DNA of 64,000 nucleotides. Source: Takakia lepidozioides (taxonomy: Eukaryota; Plantae; Bryophyta). The first letter of the stretch is position 1. Every line of letters starts with the position of its first letter. Shown piece by piece: positions 1 to 13,500 of the stretch. The notes beneath the pieces were generated by a model. It saw nothing but the letters and a program-made list of their open reading frames with translations. It was not told the origin of the DNA and made no database searches. Both the position numbers and the translations under genes were made by a program. Location of the stretch: contig CM060734.1 of assembly GCA_030704615.1 (NCBI GenBank), positions 39,308,001 through 39,372,000 on the forward strand, given 5' to 3'.

Positions 1-30
1 GATATATTCTGACCATTACATGGCCTTGCT

Positions 31-264
31 GCCAAGGGTGGTGAAAAGGAGGTCAGGCCAGGGAATTGAAAGCCTTGGCAACAAGGGATTTGCTCTTCGT
101 TTGCCAAACTTGTCAAACACTCAACCGCAAAATGAGAGTGTGAAACGAGGGTGGAGACAAGCTGGTCTCCGAGTCTGGGAGTAAGTACCCATTGGTGGCC
201 AAGGGAGGTAAGAAGGAGGTCGGGCCAGGGAATTGAAAGCCTTGGAAACAGGGGATTTGCTCTT
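31..264. repeat. Two ~67-bp direct repeats (31-97, 198-264)
   Basis: gccaaggg.ggt.a.aaggaggtc.ggccagggaattgaaagccttgg.aaca.gggatttgctctt occurs twice; origin unknown, probably TE-internal. Confidence 0.75.
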
Positions 265-901
265 GAGACAACATATTCTTTGACTTTCCCGATCACTTAC
301 AAGCGACAGCGGGATGAGATTGTTTCTCGGAAGAGTCTGGAAGGGTCGTAGAGTGTGGCAACCCTAACTCTGAAGCTGTTATGTATTGGTGCCCAGCTGT
401 CACATGTCAAGCGCCATCTGCCTACATCTCGCTTGGGATGCTTAGGCTGTGGGCTACATAATTCCTCTTATCACAGGTTAGTAGGTGACTGATCACCTAA
501 GATCTCTGCCCTTTTGTTCAAGGATTTGCCTCTCTGATGCACTTTTGTTCTCAATACTGGCTCCAAATGGAATAGCAAGTTTTTATGAATTAGCAATGTT
601 ACTGAAGATCTAATATCTAGCAAGCTAATGTGCCCGGATTGTCATATGAAATCTGTACTGAATATGAGTATCTTCAAATCCTACCTCATGAAGGTAGTTG
701 TTTATACCTCTCCTTCCACTTCCCTCCTCAAAATAAGTGTGGACATGTCTCTCTCTCTCCATAAATAGAAAACGCATGATTCTTCAGACAAATGAAGCCT
801 AACAAAGACCGAAACCGCAAAATCCAACCGCAACTTGGACCCTTTCAGAAGCAAACAAAAGCACAAGCTGAACATTTTAGTAACAGAAGAGATCACTACC
901 A

Positions 902-1197
902 TGTTGGAAGTAATTAAACATATCTAGAAGACTAAGAGTCTTGAAGGCCAAAGGTTTAGAAGTCTAAGAGACTATCTTGTTTAACTCACCTTTGGAAGGT
1001 GAATGGCTAGAAGGTGGATGGTCACCATAGTACTCTTACACTTGACTAATGGCTTCACCCCCGAGTTTGTACAAGAAGGTATCTAGAAAGTCCTACTTGG
1101 TCACTTGATGGTGGCTTATATGGTTGGGTGGAGAGCTTTAGTTTTAGCTTTAGTCTAAGACTTTAGTTCTTGTTCATGTTCTTGATCAATTCTAACA
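902..1197 (+). repeat. 5' LTR of copia-1
   Basis: TG...CA termini, followed by tRNA-iMet PBS; matches 7008-7314 apart from point changes and an internal inversion. Confidence 0.95.
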
Positions 1198-2779
1198 TGG
1201 TATCAGAGCCATTCTTCTCTAGGTGAGAGTTGGTAGTTGAGATTGAGAGAACTTGATTATGGCTGGAGCGTCGTCTTCTAGCAATCCTCCTTCTATGTCT
1301 ATGACAAGTGCATTAGATGTGAGAGTGGAAGATCGATTCAATGGAGCTAACTATCAAACCTGGAAGTTTGGGATAGAGATGGTACTTCTAGACAAAGATC
1401 TATGGGGAGTGGTTGATGGATCAGTCCCAAGACCTGACACTATTGTTGGCCAAGCCATATGGGATAGGAAAGATCAGAAAGCAAGAGCTAGCATCATCAC
1501 AAACTTGAGAGACAATCAGTTGCATCTCATTATAAGTGCTAAGAATGCTAAGGATGTTTGGGACAAGCTAGCAAGCATATATGAGACGAAGGATGTCACA
1601 TCGCAAGTGTATGCGACGCAAAAGTTCTATGGTCTGAAGATGACCGAGTCAGACTCAGTTGAACAACACTTGAATTTGTTTTGTGTGTTGCGAGATCAAC
1701 TAGTCTTTATGGGAACTAATGTGACTGATGAACACGCTGCAGTGGTGTTATTGGCAACCTTACCTGAATCCTATGATGGTTTTGTGGTGTTTCTAGCAGG
1801 ACAAACCAACTTAACTATTGATGTTGTCATAGGACTTCTCCTCAAGGAGGAAACAAGAAGAAAATGTCAAGGTACGTCTATAGAGGTAGACAGAGCTTTG
1901 TTCACAGGCAAGACTGGAGTAGTCTTGAATAGAAGACTCCCTTCACATATGTCTCAGAAATCCCAGAGGTTTCAGAAACCTCAATCTAGCTCAAAGATCA
2001 AAAAGGCCAAAGTAAGGTGTTTTTATTGCAAGAAACTTGGTCACATGATCAAGGATTGTAGAAAGCACATTGCAGATGAGCGCAGCAGAGAGGGTCAAGG
2101 GAACATAGCTACTCATCAGAAGAACGCTATTCTATTTGTTATGTCTCTCTCAGCCACTACTAGACAGAAGCATGTGCGGTATGTTAATTCAGGAGCACCT
2201 CAACATATGAGTTCAGAGAGAGAGCATTTCTTATCTTATAGATCTCTTTCACCTACACAATATGTTTTTTTGGGAGATGATAGCAAGCATGTCATTAGTG
2301 GAGAAGGCTCAGTCTCTCTTATGCTCAATGAAGGGGAAACCATAGAGGTGGAAAATGTCTTACATGTCCCTACTTTAACACAGAATCTGCTGTCTGTAAG
2401 ACAAATTGTTGCAAAGGGATACAGAGTGGTATTCCAAGATGAGAGTTGTACTATCACAGATAGCTCAGGAGCTGTGGTAGCAAGAGCTATTCTTGATAAT
2501 TGCTTGTATAGATTACAACATCATGTCTCTAGTGCTCTTACCACATTTTCACCACAGTTGGGATCTACACCTGTCATGTCAGAAACAGAGTTTTGGCATA
2601 GAAGGTTAGGTCATGTGAGCATTAAGAAGTTGAGACAGATGTGGAAGGACTGCCATTGAAGGAAATGAGCGATATGCATCTATGCAAAGGTTGTTTGGAA
2701 GGGAAGCAACATCGAGGTCAATTTCCTAAGGATGGTGGACGAAGAGCCACAAGTATATTGGAGATTGTTCATTCTGATG

Positions 2780-3711
2780 TGTCGAGCGGCTTTTACTGAC
2801 CCATCCCTTCGCTATCCGAGGTGGAAACTCCAAGATAGAAGAGTTGGATATCTCTAAGCACTCAGCCCGCTCAGAACAATCAGTCATGACCTGAAGCAAG
2901 TGAATCATGGTTGTGCTTCCTATTTGTATTCCTTCCTGCCTTCATGTTATCAATTTACCTTACCGTGTATACTGAAGCATCAGATTGCTTCAGTATCTAC
3001 TAAGTTCCAATTAATCATGCATTCATTCCACAGCTTCTCTCGTGTCTCTCTACACAGTATGTTTGTATCGATTCAGTATCGGATTAAGATTAATCAAGTT
3101 TCATGCCTATGTCATGGTGTCTCTATTCTATCCTACTCTAAAATTCTACAGCTTGCATGAACTAAGCCTCATTCAAGTCATCATCTCCTCTTCACTGTTT
3201 TCCGCTCTCCGTTACATTTCTTCCTCTCTTCCACAAGTCGCCCTCCTCCAGAAGTGATCTCCTTCCCGTTGCCGCTCTCTTAATCTACCCGCAAGCTGTT
3301 CTAACCACCTAACTAACTAACCGTCACCCCTGAAGTAACACGTTCCCTCTGCAGATGTCGTTCCCTCACAGCCGTTCCCTGTCAATGATAACTGTTCCCG
3401 ATGTACTGTGACAGGTTGTGTCAAGATATGCCGAGCTGTGACTGGCTGTGCGAAGCTGTGTCGGGCTGTGTCGAGCTGTGACTGGCTGTGCGAAGTTGTG
3501 GCGGGCTGTGTAAAACTGTGTCGGGCTGTGACTGGCTGTGCGAAACTGTGGCGGGCTGTGACTGGTTGTGCGAAGCTGTGTCGGGCTGTGTAACCCCCCT
3601 AAAGTCTGCTGCTGCCACCCCTAAGGCTCCTGTTGGTCTCAGTCTGCACAAAAATTAAGGGTACCCCACAGAACCCGTAAAAGCGTCTAAGTCCCAAGCA
3701 GCCCTCTAACA
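2780..3711. mobile_element. Solo LTR (~930 bp) nested in copia-1 integrase
   Basis: TGTCGAG...CTCTAACA termini; 5-bp TSD TGATG (2775-2779, 3712-3716); removal restores integrase HSDVCGP. Confidence 0.88.
3405..3592. repeat. 30-bp minisatellite built of 10-bp CTGTG-containing subunits, ~6 copies
   Basis: tgtgactggctgtgcgaagctgtgtcgggc repeated inside the solo LTR. Confidence 0.9.
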
Positions 3712-4376
3712 TGATGTGTGCGGGCCAATGCAAACCACATCACTTGGAGGAGCAAGGTACTTTGTGACATTCATTGATGATTTGTCAAGGAGGGTTGTGG
3801 TGAATTTCCTAAGGCAGAAAAGTCAAGTGCTAGAGAAATTCAAGGAGTTCAAAGTACTTGCAGAAAAACAAACGGGAAAGCATCTTAAGATTTTGAGATC
3901 TGACAATGGTGGTGAGTACATCTCAAAGCCTTTCAATCAGTTTTGTCAAAAGAATGGAATAGCTCGACAGCTTACTGTTCAATATACACCTGAGCAGAAT
4001 GGTGTAGCTGAGCGGATGAATAGATCACTACTAGAAACTGCAAGGAGTATGTTGAAAGAAGTGAATCTTTCAAATCATTTTTGGGCAGAAGCTGTTGGCA
4101 CTGCAACATATCTTCACAACAGAATACCTACCAAATCAGTGTTGGGAAAAACACCAGAAGAGATATGGAGTGGTCAGAAGCCTAGTGTGGCTCATTGTAG
4201 GATTTTTGGATGTCGTGCATATGTCCATATCCCTACTCAGAAGCGAAGGAACTTGACTCCAAATCAGAAGGATGCATCTTCATTGGCTACACAGAAGGTG
4301 TGAAGGGATATAAGTTGTTCAATAAGACAACTAAGGCTGTCAAACACAGTAGGGACGTAGTATTTGATGAAGGCTT

Positions 4377-5094
4377 TGTCGCGCACCTCACTTCGGTAAG
4401 CTCCCCCTCAAGTCATAGTTACTCGCTTTGATGCGCGCGCCTGACTCCCAACCTGGCCGTCGGGCCAACTTGGAGCTTCGGCTGCTTACCGGGGCATAAC
4501 GGTCCCCCTTTGTTCTCCCACACTCCACCGATTTGGAACCAGCGGGAATTCCCTTTGGTAGTTGGCAGTCCGGAACAGCTCCCCACTCTTTGGTCCCGGC
4601 TCGCTCGCTTACTCACTAGTTTTTGGTCACCAACGGGCTTGCACCGTTCTCGGGGTTACTACTCCCTATATATACTTCTGTAGCTGTCCGCGGGGGTTTC
4701 ACAACCAGCCATGCCATTTTATGGCGAACCACCACGAAAACCCTTGACTCCCGGTGATGAGTCGCGGTGAGTCTTGGCCCACTCACCATGGCCCCTATGG
4801 ACCGTGATGAATCCCAAGACTCCCCACGACTCCCACCACGAGGTCTCCGCCCCCATGGTGAGTCCTATGCCACCCCCACTAAGTCCCGCTAAGCTATCAC
4901 CACTCCTTGTGGAGCCACCCCCACCGCAACCCGGTGTGCGGGGCTCCACCTAGTGAGCGCCTCCGCCTCCTTGAGTGCCTTGGGCACTCAAGGGTGCTTC
5001 AGCCCCCCCATACCTATCGCTACCGCTGCCCCCACCACAGGGGCAGCCCCTCATGTGTCCCGACCCCCTGCCCTCAAGGCAAAGGGCCGCGACA
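4377..5094. mobile_element. GC-rich solo LTR (718 bp) nested in copia-1
   Basis: Perfect 7-bp terminal IR TGTCGCG...CGCGACA; 5-bp TSD GGCTT (4372-4376, 5095-5099); TATATA motif near 4667. Confidence 0.9.
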
Positions 5095-7007
5095 GGCTTC
5101 ATACCCTCTTTGGTAGTGGGAGAAGATGACATGGAAATGAGCTTAGAGCCATTACACCATTTCCAAGAGGAGTCTTATGAGGAGCCAATACAAGAGATGG
5201 TTGAAGCAAATGATGGAGGTGTTCAACTTGATGGAGTTGATCAAGGAGTCAAAGTTGATGAACCACTTGTTGATATGGACTCTAGAGATGAAGTTGAAGA
5301 TGTGCCAATTCTAAAGAGATCTCAGCGGGAAAGAAAAACTCCTAGTAGTCTAATTACATCTATGAGTGCCATTGAAGCTATTGAAGAAGCATCACAAGTG
5401 GTTGAGCCTGCTACATATGAGAAAGCGATGCGCTCTCCAGACAAACTACAATGGGAAGAAGCAATCAACTCAGAGTTGGATTCATTGATGCAAAACAAAA
5501 CATGGACACTCACTAGGTTGCCTGCAGGACGAAGAGTCATTGGTTGCAAGTGGATCTTCAAGTTGAAGTACAAAGTTGATGGATCTATTTACCGGTACAA
5601 AGCTCGTCTTGTAGCTAAGGGCTATGCACAAATTCAAGAGTGGATTACAATGAAACCTTCTCACCAGTGGTGAAGATTTCTTCTATCAGAGTGTTGTTAG
5701 CTCTTGCAGCTCAACATGATCACGAAGTTCATCAAATGAATGTTAAGACGACATTTCTGAATGGAGAACTACAAGAAGAGATCTACATGAGACAACCTGA
5801 AGGTTTTGTACAAGAAGAAAGTGATATTGTGTATAAGCTGCAAAAGAGTTTATATGGACTCAAACAAAGTCCTCGAGCTTGGTATGCCAGGATCGATGCT
5901 TACCTCTTAAAGGCAAGATTTGAGCGAAGCATTGCTAACACAAACATCTATGTGAAAAAGATGGGCGAGCAATTTGTGGTCATAGCTCTATATGTGGATG
6001 ACACAATCATTGTCACCAACGATCGTCAAAGGTTGTTGCCAGAAACCAAAGCACTGTTGAGTGCTGAGTTTGCCATGACTGACATGGGTGAGATTCGGTT
6101 CTGTCTTGGTATTCAAATCAGCAAAGATCGAGTGAACCATACAGTATTCATGGATCAACGACAATACATTGAGACAATTCTGCAAAGGTTTAAGTTGGAG
6201 ATGAGTAAGCCAACATCAACTCCTCTCGAAGTTGGTTTGAAACTTACGAAAGATATGGCACCTAAGACTCAAGAAGAGCAAGAGGATATGAGGAAAACTC
6301 CTTATCAAAGTGTAGTCGGCAGTTTGATGTATTGCATGGTTTGTACTAGGCCACACATTGCACATTCAGTGGGAGTGGTCTCACAATTTCTTTCAAATCC
6401 CGGTCAAACCTATTGGAAAGCAGTGAAGATGATATTTCGATATCTAAGAGGAACATCAACATCTGGTCTACTCTACAAGATAGTGGAAGATCCAAGTTTG
6501 TTGGGGTTTGCTGATGCTGACTGGGCAGGAGACATTGATAGTAGAAAATCAACTTCAGGCCATTGTTTTCTCCTAGCAGGTGGAGCTGTATCTTGGTCTA
6601 GCAAACGATAAGTTGCAACAGCGTTGTCATCAACAGAAGCTGAATACATGTCTATTACACAAGCAGCAAATGAGGCTATTTGGTTACGGAAATTGCTTGG
6701 AGATTTGGGTCATCTCCAATCACTACCTACGACTCTCTATTGTGACAATCAAAGTGCGATTGCACTGAGTCAGAATCCGAAGTATCATTCAAGGACGAAA
6801 CACATTGAAGTGCAACATCACTACATACGGGAAGTTGTATGCAAGGGAAAGATCAAGGTGATCTATTGTGCTACAGGAGATATGGTTGCGGATGTTTTGA
6901 CAAAGAGTCTACCACAAACAAAATACATGAAGTGTTCAGCCTTACTTGGTGTCTATTCTCCAAAGACAAACGAAGTAGCTCAATGATATGGTTTAATTGA
7001 GTGGGAG

Positions 7008-7314
7008 TGTTGGAAGTAATTAAACATATCTAGAAGACTAAGAGTCTTGAAGGCCAAAGGTTTAGAAGTCTAAGAAACTATCTTGTTTAACTCACCTTTG
7101 GAAGGTTAATGGCTAGAAGGTGGATGGTCACCATAGTGGAAGTGGAAGTGACAAAGTAGGACTTTCTAGAGACCTTCTTGTACAAGCTCGGGGGTGAAGC
7201 CACTAGTCTAAGTGTAAGAGTATGATGGTGGCTTCTATGGTTGGGAGGAGAGCTTTAGTTTTAGCTTTAGTCTAAGACTTTAGTTCTTGTTCATGTTCTT
7301 GCTCAATTCTAACA
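7008..7314 (+). repeat. 3' LTR of copia-1
   Basis: Preceded by PPT, followed by TSD TACCA. Confidence 0.95.
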
Positions 7315-8222
7315 TACCAACCTCAGTCGTCGTCGCCTCACCTCCTCCACAATCTCCACTGCTGGATTGAAGTTCTGGAATGATATCCTGCCCAACAATG
7401 CACCCGGCTTCGGGTTCCTTCCACAATCACTACACACTTGTTTGAAGAAGCAGCCATACCCTGCCTCGGGATTATCCATTGGCTGTCGTTTAATTCTAAC
7501 TCTTCCCCATCCTGCTTTCATATTGTTACCTCCCTTGCCCATGCTCTCTGCATGGACTTCAATCCTTGCAACCAATCCGAAAGGGCTGCCTTCGATGTGC
7601 TGGCTGGTGAACATTGCTCTGCCTGCCCCATCATATTATCCTTTCGAAAACTGTCTCTACTCATCTCCTGTTGTCTGGTGCACGCTGAAGAGAAAGAAGC
7701 TGAGGTTGCACAAAGAGGTGGTGAGGATAAGGTCCATCTACGTGGAACTCGAACAAACCCAATACTGGAAAAAAATGAAATCCCTCTTGAAGAAAAAGAT
7801 GTTTTTCCTACACAAGCTACAACTGCAAAGATGTCTAAAAGAGGAAACACTAAATGATGCAGAAAAAAAAAAAATAACAACACTCACTCTCCCGCAACAA
7901 ACACAACCTTGAGGTTCAATCCTCCAAAACCTGAGGATCGCCAGCCACCCGCTGGACTATCAGGATCCTAAAGACCCTTCTGTTTTTCACCAACGCCAGT
8001 GCGTCAAGGTGGTGGGGCCAGGCTTGCCTACCCACCCTCCTGCCTGCATGAGGAAGCCAACCAACCTATTAGCTAGGTGGGATGGATGGAACAAATCTAG
8101 ATGATGCTAGGTGATGCAATGGTGGAGGTGCACTACTCACCCTATGTAGGTGATAGTGTGGTTTCAGTTGAGGTTTCCCAACATAAACCTGCCTGCACTT
8201 CGGATGAATCTACTTCTCAAAT

Positions 8223-8696
8223 TCAAGGCATAATTGAGTATGTTGAGAAGCTCCCGTCCAAACTTATGATAACCGATTTATTGTGCATTCCACAGCTGAT
8301 CAAGAAACATCTAGTTGTGATATTCTTTGCAGAAGCCATAAGCATGGTTGTCGATTCAATCCTTCCACAAAAAGGCCCATCTGCATATGGTCTGTTATGA
8401 TTATTCCATCGCCAGAGGATATCTTCCAATCGTCCTGCAAAGGAGCCGACTGATTCTCCTTCTACCATATGGAGCTTGGTCAATTGCTCACGCAACCGAT
8501 CGGTAAAACCCAAGGGCCTGAATTGAGTCAGAAAGGTTGCCTTTAGGGCATTCCAATCAGTAAAGATGCCATGAGGTTGACGATCGTACCACTGAAAAGC
8601 CACCTCACGCAGCGTAGCGGGAAACATGTCCGCCACCAGTCTTCTGTCCTGGCATTGTTGGCGATACAAACCGTCATAAACTGAGCCAAATGCCAA
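8223..8696 (-). pseudogene. Ty3/gypsy-like retrotransposon gag remnant
   Basis: FPATLREVAFQWY...WNALKATFLTQF...LHMVEGESVGSFAGRL resembles Retrotrans_gag; element ends not found. Confidence 0.75.
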
Positions 8697-10502
8697 TCAG
8701 GAGACGGCAGGCAGTGTGCGGGTATGTAGGAGAGCAGGTCGGCACTCCCCTTGTCGACACTTCCTTCGGAATCTGTGAAAGATCTCTTCCTCCCTCCCTG
8801 CTTGCGTTCATATCAGTGCAGATGAATCCCCAGATGAATCCTGCAAGATCTTCTCTGCAGCATGCAAGCTGCATCGTTTGCCCATATTTTTCCTATCCAA
8901 TTGCCAACCAGAAAGTGGAGATTTCAAGAACACGGGCTCCGCACACGCGCGGTAGAGTCTGAATGCTGTTTTGTACCCAGTTGAGCTGCCAGTCTCGCCC
9001 CCACCAAGGCAGCTGCATGAATACTATGAATACCATCACAGCTCCCATCTTCCACTCGCTTCCACCACAGGACGACTGGAAGGCGGCCCCGAACTGACGC
9101 CAACGATGGACGGTGACTAGAGTCAACAGACGTGGAACGACGGCAGAAGAGGAGCGACGGCAGGCAACAATTCTCAACCATCTTAGCAGCTGGAGATCCG
9201 ATTCAGTCCAGAAAACATTTGCATGTTGGCTTGAATCACGAGCCCCTTCAACAACAATTTCCACATCATACAGGAAGATTGCACCCCCTTATCAGTGTCC
9301 CACCATTGCGACTGAGGATGTCAGACGAACTCGAGCCAGAGCCGTTCTAAGTTTATGCTCATTGCTTGAGCTGTGTGCAAGAAGATGAGAACCGTGCCAC
9401 CTCTCTGCGGGCAATCTCATTGCGAAGTTGCAGCCCTCACCTCTCTTCTGGCTTTCGTCTCCACCATCGTCTTGTGTGCACCAAACCCTAACATACTCCA
9501 CCACATGTGTTGCATCACGTTGAAATTGATTTGAAATTGCTCTTCAGCCTGGGGAGATCAGAGAATTCAATCGCCTTTGATGTATGGGTATTAAGTTTTA
9601 CTGCATTTCTCATAAAGGCAAACAGAAGACTGACTGATCTTTTCTGACTGATGCCATTGCTCTACAGTAGTATTCTCGGTTCATAAATCTAGATGACCTT
9701 GACTACGCCCTGCTGCTGGAGTACCACTAGTCAGCAGGGACTATTTGAAATGCAAACCGCCAAGTTGTCCTGAAGGCCCTGCAATATTTGTAATCCATGC
9801 ATGCCAGAGTCCCATCACATGTATAACCTCCTGGAACCATTATATAAGTTCTTGAATGAGCACTGCTTTGTACAATTGGGAGAGGTGGAGATGTTAGTTT
9901 CGGCGATGATGAGGCCCTCATTGCCAAAGAGGGTGCGGGCGTGTTTTTGGACCGTTTTAAATTACTCTGAAGAAATTCCAAACATAAGAAGAATAGAAAG
10001 TGATACAACAGTACCATAGCAGCTGCAGATATTGCCTACAACAACCTAGACACCACATCGAATACTTTGGATGTCTGCTGAATCAAGCTTCCTTCTATAT
10101 ATCTACACAGTTTACGCACCTCTCGTAAAGATTCAATCTTTCACTGCAGCTGTGACACAACATTCCAGGGATTGTACCCTTCTAGATGGATCCACAGTGG
10201 TAGCCTCACCAATTGACAGAGTGGCGTTACCTCACTCACAAGAGAGGCCAATTTACACTGGTCAATCCCTCACCAATAGCTGGACATTTAGCCCGGGTAT
10301 TTCATATCTCAATCTCAAATGATGACTCAACTTCAGACATAATTTGATAGCAGAGAGCACCGAACCTGCTTCAAGGCCCTTAACTAGCCTGGAGGAATCT
10401 AGAAAACACCCACTTGCTCCCTACCGCAGGTATTCATTGGTACCCATACATCAGAGGTTGCCAAAATTGGTTTGAAGGCAGAGAAGGAACAAAAAACAGG
10501 TC

Positions 10503-13500
10503 CTAATCATCATGGAATGCATCCATGAGGTAAATTTTACTGAAGCTCTGGCCAGCGAATCTGTGACAAACAAGGTAACATTCAACATGTTAACAACAGT
10601 ACACACAACGGAGTCACCAGATGCCCAACACCTGCCCCTTTGGCTGCCAAGTTAACACATGTAGCAAAATTCAGCCTCAGTAGAAGAAGTCAGCTCAGAA
10701 AGGATCAAAAACTGTACTGAAATTACATGGCAAGACACACATACCCATTGACTTGACTGCAATAGTTTGAGATCTGGTTGGTGATGAGATAGCTGTCAAG
10801 ACGCGATGGTTCAGCAATCAGCTTGAAGATTGGGTTATTAGGGTCTTCATCTGGCAATGGTTCTTCTCCAGATGACCTTCGCGCCATATTCTCAGCTCTG
10901 AAGTTACACAACCAAGTTATTTGCTAGTGATAAGAATTATGTGCACAAATGAGAGGGACCTCTTCCTTTTTTTTCTTAGCTCTCATTAACTTTATGAGGT
11001 CCATTTGATCCACCAGTACAGTACCCTGCAACATTAGAGTGCAACAGTCAAAGCCACCAGACCAACAATAAGCTTGAGCGTAATCCTAGGGTACAATCTA
11101 AATGCAACAAAAACCCTGCACCAGAGAGATCAGTGACCACAAATGATGCAACGAGTTCTATGACCAAGTTTAGGAGATACCTTCTCTTCTGGAGCCATGC
11201 TTGTTGTTGCGCTTGCTGTCTTGACAAGTTGCGGTAGTAGTATTGGAACTGTAGCAATGCAAGTGAAGGACTGAATATCAGCACTCTAAAATCAATCTCT
11301 GACCTCTCACACATCTTTCAATACAATATGCACATGAAGCATGTGGCTCCAAGAACCTCGAACCCATCTAGACTATTGCTAGTAGCTTAGGGGAGACAAA
11401 CCATGTTACATTGACAATCGCAGTGTGTATGCAGAGTAGTACTTCTAGGGATTGCTGATATGGCCAGAAGGACAAATAACATACGAACAATATGGGATTC
11501 TGAGGTGGTGCAAAGAAACAACTGTACCTTCTGCTGTTCCATGGAAAGATCATCCATGCACTCAATCAAAAACTCCAGGTTTTTCTCCATGAATGGGTTG
11601 GTGGACAAAACCAATCTGTCAAAATCACACTGCCCATCACAAAACCCGGAAAGATACTGTCAGCAGGTTTGGAAGCAGCAGAGCAGCAACCATGCCACGA
11701 CAAGACAATCATTCAAAAGCTCTGTTAATACTGGAGTACAACTCACTTCATAAAGCAACTTGGTCGTACTAGAACTAGCATCACAAACGAAAGACATTCC
11801 CCGTCGCGATCACCTGCGTTGCTGGAGCATCTGTTTCAAGCTCGGTCATCAAGGAGCTGACAAGTGCAGAGTTGGAGATTTTCACCTAATCCATACAACC
11901 ACATTCATAGCAGGGTAAGCCACAGCAAACAGAAAGGCCCTTAAAGCAAGACCCAGCCCCAAACAGGCACAGGGGATATAAGCAACTATATCCTGTAAGT
12001 AACATCGGGACCTGCAGTCACTGCACATAACACTAGTCCTAAATTCTAAATCCTTCTTAACTGATCACAGAGCTGTGTACTTGAAAGCAACATATAAACA
12101 ACAAACATGAACAGAATATAATTTCCTCCTGTATAATATCCATAGCAAAAGCCTCTGTAGATAGGCTTGTATGTAAAAAAGAAATTCATTCATTAGACTT
12201 CACTTGCCCATAGAAAGGCAGCAAAAGCTATCCAAAGTCACTGTCCAATCCTTGCAGAATTGTTGCATTCATAACCCTAACAATGTACTCATAAGATGTT
12301 GTTTGCTATAGCCTTGTGGCCTTGACTAATAATTGAATCTAAACATGGTACAGCTTCTTCTTACTGGAATTTCCTCGAAGATATCTTTCCAGGTCATGCT
12401 CTTCTCCCTCAGTCTGCACCAGCCACATCCTCATTATATAAATTCATGTGCACTTACGTCCTACCAGATGTCAAGTTGGATCAACTAGCCCAACATTGGA
12501 AATCTTACAGTTGTCTATTTTTTCACATGTTTCAAGAAACCCTGCCATGTGGAGCAACAATCAATCCAATGTTGCATAACCACCCCTTGGAATGAACTCC
12601 CACACACCAGCACCTAAAAGGGCCTCCAACACGCCTGACCAAATGAGATCAACTTTCATAGACAGATGGTGTATTGAAGCAGCTCAAATCAAAAGACGTA
12701 CTTCTCTCCGGTGAAATTCTGAGTACGGTAGAGATCCATGAATGAGTCTGTCAGTTTCAATGCTTTCAGTGCCAACACGCCTTGGCCTGACCGCAGAGGA
12801 TCATATATGATACATACGCATCTCTTGATATTTTCCTGATCCAAATAAATCCAAAGTCAATAGACAACCGGTCAACTGCACAGCTGTCGTATGTGATTTT
12901 CCTACGGTCCACTATCGCACAGTAATGAGCTCACAAAGGACGATTCCACGAGCACATTGGGCTACTTTCAGTCCCAGAACTCACAAACTTGTTTTACTTT
13001 GATGGTTAGCGTTGAGCTTCTAAGAAATTCCTCCAAAAGCTGAGTTCCTGGGCCGCGGTGGGTCCAGAAAATGTGGTTGTCCAGACTGCTCAGGCCATTC
13101 TTGACTTTGACTGCATACTAAAGAAACCTTCCTGACAGAAAGTTAAGTTTATATTTCTTAGTAACAATGAGAGAACTGCCAAGCATAACATGTCGACAGA
13201 GTGCAATGTGAAGGCCACGCATGGGCAGCGCAAATGAGATTTATCAAAGATGGGTCATGGCAGGCCTTACAACCAGTTGGAAAAATAGGCAACGCACCTG
13301 GTAGTTCAAAAAGGTCTCAATCAGCTCCACTGTCTGAAAGGAACCCATGTATGTCGATTGATACCTGCAAACCACCATCCAGACAGAAAGATACACAGAA
13401 GATCAAATCCGGGCCATCAGCATAACCCTGAGGAGAGCATTAAGGCACCTCAAGTAGGACCATACTCGAGCAAACAACTGCCAGGCACCCAACTGCTGTG

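Larger units (their letters stand above)
1259..6986 (+). pseudogene. copia-1 gag-pol polyprotein, broken by stops, frameshifts and two insertions
   Basis: gag (NGANYQTWK; zinc knuckle CFYCKKLGHMIKDC); protease with D>N (YVNSGA); GAG-pre-IN WHRRLGH; integrase (HSDV|CGP, RSDNGGEY, PEQNGVAER); RT (YKARLVAKG, LYVDD); RNase H (ADADWAG, stop 6609-6611, SSTEAEY, RTKHI). Confidence 0.95.
902..7314 (+). mobile_element. Full-length but inactivated Ty1/copia LTR retrotransposon (copia-1)
   Basis: LTRs 902-1197 and 7008-7314 (TGTTGG...TAACA); 5-bp TSD TACCA (897-901, 7315-7319); PBS TGGTATCAGAGCCA 1198-1211; PPT ..GAGTGGGAG before 7008; domain order gag-PR-IN-RT-RH. Confidence 0.97.

Noticed and set aside
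3408-3651. Cys-rich repeat ORFs (CRAVTGCAKL)n and antisense
   Set aside because: Translation artefact of the 30-bp minisatellite within a solo LTR
7309-7912. Overlapping ORFs right of copia-1
   Set aside because: No motif recognised in any frame; likely part of the decayed element copia-1 inserted into
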